From Phycisphaerales bacterium (lineage in GTDB: Bacteria; Planctomycetota; Phycisphaerae; Sedimentisphaerales; UBA12454): a DNA stretch of 63,656 bases. This document shows, one piece after another, positions 54,420-61,925 of this stretch (position 1 is the first letter of the stretch; each line of letters opens with the position of its first letter). Below the pieces are notes generated by a model that worked only from the letters and a program-made list of their open reading frames with translations, had not been told where the DNA came from and made no database searches. The translations under genes and the position numbers were made by a program. The DNA lies in contig JBDKUM010000070.1 in the NCBI GenBank assembly GCA_039679715.1, positions 1 to 63,656 on the forward strand, in the 5' to 3' direction.

Positions 54420-54622
54420 GTAGGGGCAAACCCATGTGTTTGCCCTATATCAAATTGTTTACGATAAAAAAATGGATAGTCCTGCGTAGCTTTATGCGAA
54501 GCAGGATGCGGGAAAGGTTTAGAAAGGAGGAGGTACTAAACCTTTTGCCCCCACATCCATTTGTCATTGCGAGGAAGTCCTGCGTAGCTTTGCGAAGCAG
54601 GATGACGAAGCAATCTCAGGCT
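54420..54622. repeat. Cluster of three repeat families downstream of the ADH gene
   Basis: GTAGGGGCAAACCCATGTGTTTGCCCTAT hairpin (54420-54448). Two copies of the palindromic GTCCTGCGTAGCTTT(A)TGCGAAGCAGGATG (~54480-54509 and 54578-54605). GTCATTGCGAG (54563-54573) ... CGAAGCAATCTC (54606-54617). Confidence 0.55.
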
Positions 54623-54647
54623 TTAAAATTACTAGTAATTTTGATTT

Positions 54648-56300
54648 TTACATTTTGTTATATCTTGGCCCGCCGCTGCCTTCGGGAACTGTCCAGCGAA
54701 TATTATCGAACGGGCATTTCCGCTGACATGTTTTGCAGTGCAGGCAGTTCGAAGCATTTGCGGGCTTAACTTCATCCTGCACAGTTTCATATACACCCGC
54801 CGGACAGAATGTAATACATGGCGCGTTAAACTTCGGCCTGCATTGCTGCATACAAATATTTCTGTTAATTATCGTCAGATGGCTCGGCTGCTCTTCACGA
54901 TGCTGCGTGCCCGCCATCGCGGTAAATGTATCTTTATCATAACTTTTCGCGGGTTTATATTTATATTTTTCCGAGGACATTACTTTGTAGTCTTCTTCGA
55001 CCTCGAACAACGGCCCCTTCTGTCCGAGCACAGACAATGGCATTCCAAACAGCGGCCCCAGCTTGGCGACATTCTGCCTGAACTTCGACGCAAGTTTCAT
55101 TTCGGCAATTACTCCCATCAAGTTGAGCAGTTCGGTATATTTTGAAGCTGCCGCGGTATAATTATTTGTCGATTGCGCGATCGCCTTTGCCGCCGCAATC
55201 CCGCTTTTGATTGCATTATGCAGCCCTTTGATTTTTATCATATTTACAAAGCCCGCGCCATCGCCGAGGATTAATACATTCGATCTGCCCATCGCGCTTG
55301 TCTGCGTATTTCTCGGCAAAGCGAAATAACCGCCTTCGGGAATCATCTTCGCACCAGCCTCAACGATGCTTCCGCCTTCGATAAATTTTTTCACGTAACT
55401 ATGATTTTTAAAATTCGTCAATGCATCCTGCGGATTGAAATCGCAATATTTCCAATCAAGGCCGACAATCATAGATACCGCAATATGATTTTGACTTATC
55501 GGGTGCATTGTTCCGCCGCCGAACATTGCCGGCCCCAGTACAGGCACCCACAGCGGCCAGCCCATCGCATGAACCGCCCTTTCAGTTGTGAATTTCGCGA
55601 ACTGCTCATCGCTGACCCTTATTAATTCCTTAACGCCGACAGAGTAAAGCTGTTTTGCGTGTCTCTCAAGCGATGCTTTTCTGATAAATTTTTCTGTAAC
55701 AAGCCCGTCGCATCCCTCGGCAAGAATTATAACATCCGCGTTGATGATTTCACCTGCGACATAATTGGGCAGTTTGCTTCCGTGTTTATCAAGCCCCTGG
55801 TCTACGAGTTTAATTCCTGTCGCGATATTTTTCTGCGTATCGTAAATTATATCTTCCGCCGCGAAACCATGAATAACCTCAATGCCCATTTCCTTTGCAA
55901 GTTGAGTCATCCATTTAGTAAGCTTGCTGATGGATAAAATATAATCACCCTGATGATTCATCATTCCGAAATTGATTTTGAACATACCGGCAAGTTTAAG
56001 TATCGGATGAATATTGAACGCCATTTTACTGCCGGCAAAAAACATCACGTTATCTTTTTTAACTCGATAACTGAAAATATCTTTTGCCTGCTCGGTATTT
56101 TTCCAACCCGCTTTGATATCATCGAGCAGCATTTCAATCGCACCTGCTTCGACCGTCGCGCCTGAAAGATTATGATTGCCGCCTTCTGCCGCCTTATCGA
56201 TAACGCAAATTTCCGTTTGCGGCAGCAATTTCTTCAGCTTCATCGCCGCCGACAAGCCCGCAGGCCCCGCTCCAACTATTAATATTGATGTTTTGTTCAT
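54648..56300 (-). CDS. Electron-transfer flavoprotein:quinone oxidoreductase (ETF-QO; FixC-FixX-type fusion)
   Basis: FAD fold ILIVGAGPAGLSAA. C-terminal 4Fe-4S region CPAGVYE...CLHCKTCQRKCP...IRWTVPEGSGGPRY. Confidence 0.88.
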   Translation of the reverse strand: MNKTSILIVGAGPAGLSAAMKLKKLLPQTEICVIDKAAEGGNHNLSGATVEAGAIEMLLDDIKAGWKNTEQAKDIFSYRVKKDNVMFFAGSKMAFNIHPILKLAGMFKINFGMMNHQGDYILSISKLTKWMTQLAKEMGIEVIHGFAAEDIIYDTQKNIATGIKLVDQGLDKHGSKLPNYVAGEIINADVIILAEGCDGLVTEKFIRKASLERHAKQLYSVGVKELIRVSDEQFAKFTTERAVHAMGWPLWVPVLGPAMFGGGTMHPISQNHIAVSMIVGLDWKYCDFNPQDALTNFKNHSYVKKFIEGGSIVEAGAKMIPEGGYFALPRNTQTSAMGRSNVLILGDGAGFVNMIKIKGLHNAIKSGIAAAKAIAQSTNNYTAAASKYTELLNLMGVIAEMKLASKFRQNVAKLGPLFGMPLSVLGQKGPLFEVEEDYKVMSSEKYKYKPAKSYDKDTFTAMAGTQHREEQPSHLTIINRNICMQQCRPKFNAPCITFCPAGVYETVQDEVKPANASNCLHCKTCQRKCPFDNIRWTVPEGSGGPRYNKM

Positions 56301-58384
56301 ATCGTTTTTGCCAATGCATTTATAAGTTCCGGAACAAGTTTCTCAATCGTTCCAACCATATAATAATCACAATGTTTGAAAATCGGTGCGGCCGGATCGC
56401 TGTTGACCGCGACAATTATATCGCTGTTTGCCACGCCGATCATGTGTTGAATCGCGCCGGAAATTCCAAGAGCGACATAAAGTTTCGGGCCAATCGATGT
56501 GCCTGTCTGGCCTACCTGATGAATGCGGTCGATAAATCCCTGCTCAACCGCCGCGCGTGAAGCACCTTTCTCAACGCTCGTATGCAGCTTCTGTTTCAGC
56601 GCCTCGATAAGACCGCTTAACATTTCTTCATAATTGTCTCTGCTCTGCATTCCTTTTCCGCCGCTAACAACAACATCAGCTCCAAGATTTACTTTGCCGT
56701 GTCCTTTTTCTATGTTGATTATATCAAGGCTTATATCCGCTTGTGATATTTGCGCTGTTTCTTTTATTACCTTGCCGATTCGTGTCGCGTCCGCCGGCAA
56801 TCTTTTCATAACCCCCGGCCGTGCTGTCGCCATCTGGCAGCGAGAATCTTTCGTGCAAATTGTCGCCATCACATTCCCGCCAAGCGCCGGACGTGTCTGC
56901 ATTAAAATCGCTACCTGATTTTTCCTGCTGCTGTCCCGAATATCAAGACCGGTGCAATCAGCCGTCAATCCGCAGCCGAGCCTGTATGAAATCATTGGCG
57001 CTACAATCCTGCCCTGCGGCGTCGCCGCAAAAAGTACAATCTGCGGCCAATATTTTCCAATCGTATCCGCAAAAACTTTGCGATATGTAATCGGGTCGAA
57101 CTTTTCAAGCAGCGGATGCTCGATTGCATAAACAAAATCCGCCCCCGCTTCAATCAATTTTTTGGTTTCTAATTTATTTCCAGCTATTACTACTCCAACC
57201 TCTGTGCCTAATGAATCGGCCAGGTGCCGTGCTTTTCCGATAAGCTCGAATGTCGCGGGATGAATTTTATTTTCATCGCATTCCGCCGCTACCCAGACCT
57301 GTCCTTTATATGAGGATTCAACAGCCTGCAAGCCTGCAAGCATATCTTCAAGCGCTTTCTTATGGAAATGCTCACCGGCGGAAGCCAAAATTTTCGCTTT
57401 CATTTCTTCTGTAATATCTTCAAGCTTTTTAATCTCAAGTTTTTCTAAAATATCGGAAAGTATTTTATAATCTTCGCTTTCCTTTTTCGTACCTTCAAAA
57501 CTTCTGTCAAAATTTTTTCGCCTTGCAGGCAGCATGTATCCATTATCATCTGAACTGCTGTTTTTATTTTCCTTGCCGAAATTTTCGAGGATTTTTTTTA
57601 CAAGCTCATCGCTGCCGTTAACCTGCTCACATTTTCGCATAGTCTTGCCCGGCGGGAAAACAGAAATCACTCTCGTCTTGGAGCCTGTGATTCCGATATG
57701 AGTCGCGTTGATGTCGTTTGCACCCCATTGAACAACTCTGAATTTGTTGGCCATCCGTGTTCCGCAAAATGTCGCGAACAGCGGGTATTCATATTTAGCG
57801 ACTGTAATTACAGCCGGACTTTTTCTATTGCTGATTACCTGGCTTCCGCCGCTGATAATGCCTGTAAATTCGAAGCGTCCATTTTCATATTGAACATTCG
57901 TAACGTAAGGCACGCATGGCATATTTAATTCTTCAGCGATTTGCGCCGGCACCTGCGCGGTATCGCCGTCAACCGACTGCATTCCGCAAACAACGTAATA
58001 ATCATTCGAGCCGCCAAGCAGTTCAGCGGCGATTTTTTTTATCGCGAACGCCAGCGGATTAGCAGTTGCACAAGTATCCGCTCCGCCCAGAGCCTTATCC
58101 GTCAGCAGCACCGCATTATCGCAGCATCTTGCCAGGCTGTATTTCAAAACCTCTTCCGCTGCAGGCGGTCCCATCGTCAGCGCGATGATTCTGCCCTGCT
58201 TGTCGCTTATCTGGTTCATGCGATGAGCTATCGCCAATGCCTGCGTATCAAGCTCATTGATAACACTAGCCAGTCTCGATCTAATCAGAGTCCCTGTCTC
58301 CAGATTAAAAGCATTGTCTGTAATCTGCGTAATATCAGGAACTTGTTTTACTAATACAATATAATCACTCATAGTTTTCTTCAC
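56297..58384 (-). CDS. Single-polypeptide fusion of ETF beta (N-terminal) and ETF alpha (C-terminal) subunits
   Basis: EtfB part: IVLVKQVPD...ALTMGP...VVCGMQSVDGDTAQVP. A ~110-aa charged linker follows. EtfA part: VWVAAE...LFAATPQGR..APM...VVVSGGKGM...LYVALGISGAIQHMIG. 4-nt overlap with ETF-QO. Confidence 0.85.
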   Translation of the reverse strand: MKKTMSDYIVLVKQVPDITQITDNAFNLETGTLIRSRLASVINELDTQALAIAHRMNQISDKQGRIIALTMGPPAAEEVLKYSLARCCDNAVLLTDKALGGADTCATANPLAFAIKKIAAELLGGSNDYYVVCGMQSVDGDTAQVPAQIAEELNMPCVPYVTNVQYENGRFEFTGIISGGSQVISNRKSPAVITVAKYEYPLFATFCGTRMANKFRVVQWGANDINATHIGITGSKTRVISVFPPGKTMRKCEQVNGSDELVKKILENFGKENKNSSSDDNGYMLPARRKNFDRSFEGTKKESEDYKILSDILEKLEIKKLEDITEEMKAKILASAGEHFHKKALEDMLAGLQAVESSYKGQVWVAAECDENKIHPATFELIGKARHLADSLGTEVGVVIAGNKLETKKLIEAGADFVYAIEHPLLEKFDPITYRKVFADTIGKYWPQIVLFAATPQGRIVAPMISYRLGCGLTADCTGLDIRDSSRKNQVAILMQTRPALGGNVMATICTKDSRCQMATARPGVMKRLPADATRIGKVIKETAQISQADISLDIINIEKGHGKVNLGADVVVSGGKGMQSRDNYEEMLSGLIEALKQKLHTSVEKGASRAAVEQGFIDRIHQVGQTGTSIGPKLYVALGISGAIQHMIGVANSDIIVAVNSDPAAPIFKHCDYYMVGTIEKLVPELINALAKTI

Positions 58385-58671
58385 TTAATACGCTTAATAT
58401 TTTCCACTATACAACAAAAAATAAATATAAGGCACAACTTTTTTTTTATAACTATCTTGCTTTTGTCAGAAATATAATTTTTCGTGTCTTTGTGCCTTAG
58501 TGGCTAAATAGTTTATGTTTTTGCATTAATTTGCTGTTTTGTACACGCATTCTGTTAAAAAAATGTCAAAATGCCTCTTGTCTCTTGATTCAAAAGCCAA
58601 AAAGTTGTTTAATCATCCGTGGAATTGTGGAATTGGAAATAGTATTTAGTCCTATAATTAAAGGGTAACAA

Positions 58672-59298
58672 ATGGCAGATTTAAAAGCATTAAGCGAAGC
58701 TGTAATTAAAGGCGATCAGAACAAGGCTCTTGAAATCACAAAAGCCGCAATTAGTGAAGGCATGCCTCCGGCCAAGATACTAAATGATGGTTTGATCGCA
58801 GGTATGAACGTTATTGGCGTTCGTTTCAAAAATAATGAAGTTTACATTCCTGAAGTCTTGATCGCCGCACGCGCAATGAAGACCGCTTTGGAAGTTCTGG
58901 AACCAAAACTCGTAGAAGCAGGCGTACAGCCTTTGGCAAAGGCAGCTATCGGCACTGTTCAGGGCGACTTGCATGATATCGGCAAGAACCTCGTTGTTAT
59001 GATGCTCAAAGGCGCTGGTTTCGATGTTATCGACCTCGGCGTTGATGTATCAGCACAAAAATTTGTCGATAAAGTTAAGGAACTCAAACCCGCGGTTGTC
59101 GGCATGAGTGCACTTTTGACAACAACAATGCCTTCAATGGAAAAAACAATCCAGGCAATCAAAGCCGCCGGCCTGAAAGTAAAGACAATGATTGGCGGAG
59201 CACCTGTTACACAGGCTTACGCTGACAGAATTGGCGCTGATGGTTACGCCGCAGATGCCGCTTCAGCAGTCGATTTAGCAAAGTCTCTTCTTAAATAA
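58672..59298 (+). CDS. Corrinoid (cobalamin-binding) protein of the methyltransferase-cognate type (MtbC/MttC-like)
   Basis: A B12-binding_2 helical cap followed by a Rossmann domain with DxHxxG (GDLHDIGKNLV), SALLTTTM and MIGGAPV. Confidence 0.85.
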   Translation: MADLKALSEAVIKGDQNKALEITKAAISEGMPPAKILNDGLIAGMNVIGVRFKNNEVYIPEVLIAARAMKTALEVLEPKLVEAGVQPLAKAAIGTVQGDLHDIGKNLVVMMLKGAGFDVIDLGVDVSAQKFVDKVKELKPAVVGMSALLTTTMPSMEKTIQAIKAAGLKVKTMIGGAPVTQAYADRIGADGYAADAASAVDLAKSLLK

Positions 59299-59343
59299 AG
59301 ATTTTGTCATACCCGCGAAAGCGGATATCTATTTGATTTGACA

Positions 59344-59372
59344 AAAACCCCCGGTCTTTCCGGGGGTTTTTT
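59344..59372. terminator. Strong bidirectional intrinsic terminator between the corrinoid gene and the orphan cassette
   Basis: CCCCCGG (59348-59354) pairs with CCGGGGG (59360-59366). A5 lies upstream and T6 downstream. Confidence 0.72.
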
Positions 59373-59658
59373 ATCGACAGAAAAACAACCATAAAGCAAC
59401 TATGGTTGGTCCGCCAATTGCATTTTCAATTTTATCTTGTATATCCTTCAAAGTTCCAATTTTTCTATTGGCATTATCATAGATATCGTTGCCTTTAAGT
59501 ATCGCAACTTTTCGATTGCGTTCATCATATATATCAATTCCACGAATAGTTGCAGTCCGGTGATTTCTTTCGTCATAGATGCCATCGCCTTTGATTGATG
59601 CGATTTTATGATTTCTACTGTCGAATAAATCATTACCCTTAAATTTATACGGTTTCAT
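59371..59658 (-). CDS. Small repeat protein: four tandem 16-aa KGxDIYDxxNxKxAxI units plus a C-terminal hydrophobic anchor
   Basis: Track ORF is 59371..59670. The second Met (59658) sits 5 nt after GGAGG, so it is the preferred start. Repeats: KGNDLFDSRNHKIASI / KGDGIYDERNHRTATI / RGIDIYDERNRKVAIL / KGNDIYDNANRKIGTL. The tail is IGGPTIVALWLFFCR. Confidence 0.6.
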   Translation of the reverse strand: MKPYKFKGNDLFDSRNHKIASIKGDGIYDERNHRTATIRGIDIYDERNRKVAILKGNDIYDNANRKIGTLKDIQDKIENAIGGPTIVALWLFFCR

Positions 59659-59673
59659 TCTTTCCTCCATTTT

Positions 59674-60213
59674 TTATAACTCTTGAACTTTTAAATCTGC
59701 CTTTAACGTAAATGCACGAAAAGGCGATATATTTGAATTCAGTTTAGGCCCGAATACAAAAAGCCATCTATTTTCAGGAACACGGAGCATTCGATCTTTG
59801 CCCAATTTATTAATGTAAGCTTGTAAAACTTCCTCTATCTTTGTTTTCCCGGTAAAATTGAAATATGCTGAAATGATTTTCAAATCAGCAATGATATGTG
59901 TTAATTTACAAATTTCTCCATTCCAACTCTTATCATTTTCGTGCTCGTAAGCTATCTTAAGTTCCCAATCGTATTGCTGTTTAGTAGTATTTGTAACATA
60001 TCCTATTATATCAATATTATAAAACTCACGCTGTGTATGTATTTTATAATCCTCGGTTATAATCTTTTCAGTTATTTTTTTTATTTGGCTCGTCCACTCT
60101 TTCGATGATGTGTATGCTTTCTGATTCTCCTCTTTTTGTAAAACGTTTATTATTTCTTTAGAATATAGCTTCCAAAATATTTCGGGCTCTAATGAAAGTG
60201 ATTTTAAATTCAC
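59674..60213 (-). CDS. Hypothetical protein with a PD-(D/E)xK-nuclease-like motif
   Basis: GTG start 5 nt after AAGGAA. FYNIDIIGY (D68), 15 aa, then WELKIAYEHEN (E84-x-K86), in alternating hydrophobic strand-like context. 3-nt gap to the next gene. Confidence 0.55.
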   Translation of the reverse strand: MNLKSLSLEPEIFWKLYSKEIINVLQKEENQKAYTSSKEWTSQIKKITEKIITEDYKIHTQREFYNIDIIGYVTNTTKQQYDWELKIAYEHENDKSWNGEICKLTHIIADLKIISAYFNFTGKTKIEEVLQAYINKLGKDRMLRVPENRWLFVFGPKLNSNISPFRAFTLKADLKVQEL

Positions 60214-60228
60214 AAAAATTCCTTTATA

Positions 60229-60603
60229 TTAAAGTGAAACTGCTTCACTAATTCTACCTGCTTTTTTACAATCACTTAAAGTAACAAGTCCAATTCTGCC
60301 TTCATCTTTGGAATCTCTGGATAAAGAAAGATATAGCGCTGGAGACATTTCATAAATATTGTAAATACCATTTTCCTCTTCGAAAGCAGCAAATACAACA
60401 TCAATCCTTTCCAGCATTGCGTATGTACAGCCAATTTGATTATTTCCTTTTTTGGCACACCTAATAGTGATTAATCGTCCTTCATATGCAAACTCATTGC
60501 TATTATCAGTTATAGGTGCGGCACCAATTTTTTCTGCAATATTACGGGCCATCATATGCCCATATTCGTTTGCTCTTGCTCCGCTTGTTCTATCTTGAGG
60601 CAT
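60229..60603 (-). CDS. Hypothetical 124-aa protein, first gene of the orphan cassette
   Basis: ATG is preceded by AGGAATACAAA. No motif recognised. 15-nt gap to the next gene. Confidence 0.5.
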   Translation of the reverse strand: MPQDRTSGARANEYGHMMARNIAEKIGAAPITDNSNEFAYEGRLITIRCAKKGNNQIGCTYAMLERIDVVFAAFEEENGIYNIYEMSPALYLSLSRDSKDEGRIGLVTLSDCKKAGRISEAVSL

Positions 60604-60649
60604 TTTGTATTCCTAAACTGTTAATTCGGATTTGTTTCGGATTTCGATA

Positions 60650-61084
60650 TTAGTGCTTCGGATTTAAATTTTCTTCCGGGTACATAAATTCCGGCACTCT
60701 TTTTGGTTTGCCATTCTCATCAATACAAGCCAGTACGCTTGAGCCTTCGGCCAGCAAAAGTCCAAGTCCCGGCCGGAAAAGTTTATATGAATGCTCAATT
60801 CTCGCCGCCGTAACCCTCGTGCATTCGGTAACCAGTTCCAACTGTTCATCATAAAACGCCGGCCTGCGATATTTAACATGCAGCTCCGCAACTACCATAT
60901 AAAATCCTTCGCGTTCGAGATCTTTATACGCCAAACCGTTAGCGCGGAGCAATTCTGTACGTCCCATCTCGAAATATATCGGGAAAACACCATGATGAAC
61001 AACCCCGCCCTGGTCGGTTTCGCAATATCGGGGTATGACCGTGATTTTATGTATCTGAACAGTAGTTTTTTCAGGAAATTCCAT
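60650..61084 (-). CDS. 4HBT/YbgC-like acyl-CoA thioesterase (hotdog fold)
   Basis: VIPRYCETDQGGVVHHGVFPIYFE (catalytic Asp region), ~140 aa. Confidence 0.8.
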   Translation of the reverse strand: MEFPEKTTVQIHKITVIPRYCETDQGGVVHHGVFPIYFEMGRTELLRANGLAYKDLEREGFYMVVAELHVKYRRPAFYDEQLELVTECTRVTAARIEHSYKLFRPGLGLLLAEGSSVLACIDENGKPKRVPEFMYPEENLNPKH

Positions 61085-61284
61085 TTTTCAGCGTCCTATT
61101 GTTTAGCCGTCGCCGGCAGCGGCGATACAATAGGGATTACGGTAGCAAAAATCCAAAAAAATTCAAGCACCCCATTAAAAATAGCTGAAAAGTCCTAAAA
61201 AAATGCCCAAATATCGCCCCAACAAGCACTTTTTAGCCTGCGAAAATATTATCAAATTTAATTAAAAATTAAAATTTACCTAAA

Positions 61285-61313
61285 TTGACATTTATACTAA
61301 AATCTGCTAAGAT
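61285..61313 (+). promoter_or_regulatory. Sigma70-like promoter candidate upstream of the lipoprotein-cdaA genes
   Basis: TTGACA (61285-61290), exactly 17 nt, then TAAGAT (61308-61313). It would give a ~150-nt leader. Confidence 0.45.
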
Positions 61314-61467
61314 ATAGACATAAGTACCGAACAGTTATTAAAAACAAAACAGTTCTGCCGGAAGCAGACTCCTTAATTTTACATTTTGATTTTTAATTTT
61401 TGATTTTAACCTGACCTTTGGTCAGTTTAACTGTTGTTTTTAAACGTTATTATTAGTATAAACTTTT

Positions 61468-61770
61468 ATGAGGGAAAGTATGAAGATTAGAATTATGCTC
61501 GACGTATTGCTTGCGGTTGTTCTGGTTGTGTTCGCGGTCTCGGTTAGCGGCTGTAAAACTGTTAGTGAATCAGCCGGTAACACCGTTCTCGGCACACATC
61601 AGGCGGTGGGGTCTGTAATCGGCGGTCATGGTCTGGGCGAAACTGAAAAAGAAAGAACAGATGATATTTCCAGACAGCTCCGTCTCAACGGCTCAATGAT
61701 GATTGACGATATTGACGCCTGGATGATGACTGACAGAGCAAGCAGACTTACAGAATATTCTGTAAGATAA
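61468..61770 (+). CDS. Small lipoprotein
   Basis: Lipobox ...VVFAVSVSGC. The start could be 61468 or Met 61480. Confidence 0.6.
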   Translation: MRESMKIRIMLDVLLAVVLVVFAVSVSGCKTVSESAGNTVLGTHQAVGSVIGGHGLGETEKERTDDISRQLRLNGSMMIDDIDAWMMTDRASRLTEYSVR

Positions 61771-61925
61771 TAGAATTTGAATCTCTATCATTATGAAAGA
61801 GAATTTATTTAGTTAAATGGCTGCGGTTTTCGTTGCTCGAACGTAAGACGAAATACGTCATACGTAACGAGTATCGTAACCGCAATCGAAATACGTAAAA
61901 CAAATAAGCTTTAAGGGATTGATGC

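Noticed and set aside
54434-54769. 111-aa ORF downstream of the ADH gene
   Set aside because: It is built from the repeat cluster 54420-54622 and then runs antisense into ETF-QO. There is no RBS.
58385-58671. Cobalamin riboswitch upstream of the corrinoid protein gene
   Set aside because: The only B12-box-like string (GCCACT on the minus strand at ~58500) is part of the GGCTAAA repeat family, which also occurs at 52.86 and 63.38 kb. It is on the wrong strand for the gene, and no other riboswitch core elements were seen.
61314-61467. c-di-AMP (ydaO-type) riboswitch in the long leader before the lipoprotein and cdaA genes
   Set aside because: The leader is AT-rich and largely made of the dispersed AAATCAAAA-family repeat. 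I could not find the GC-rich pseudo-symmetric core expected for this riboswitch.
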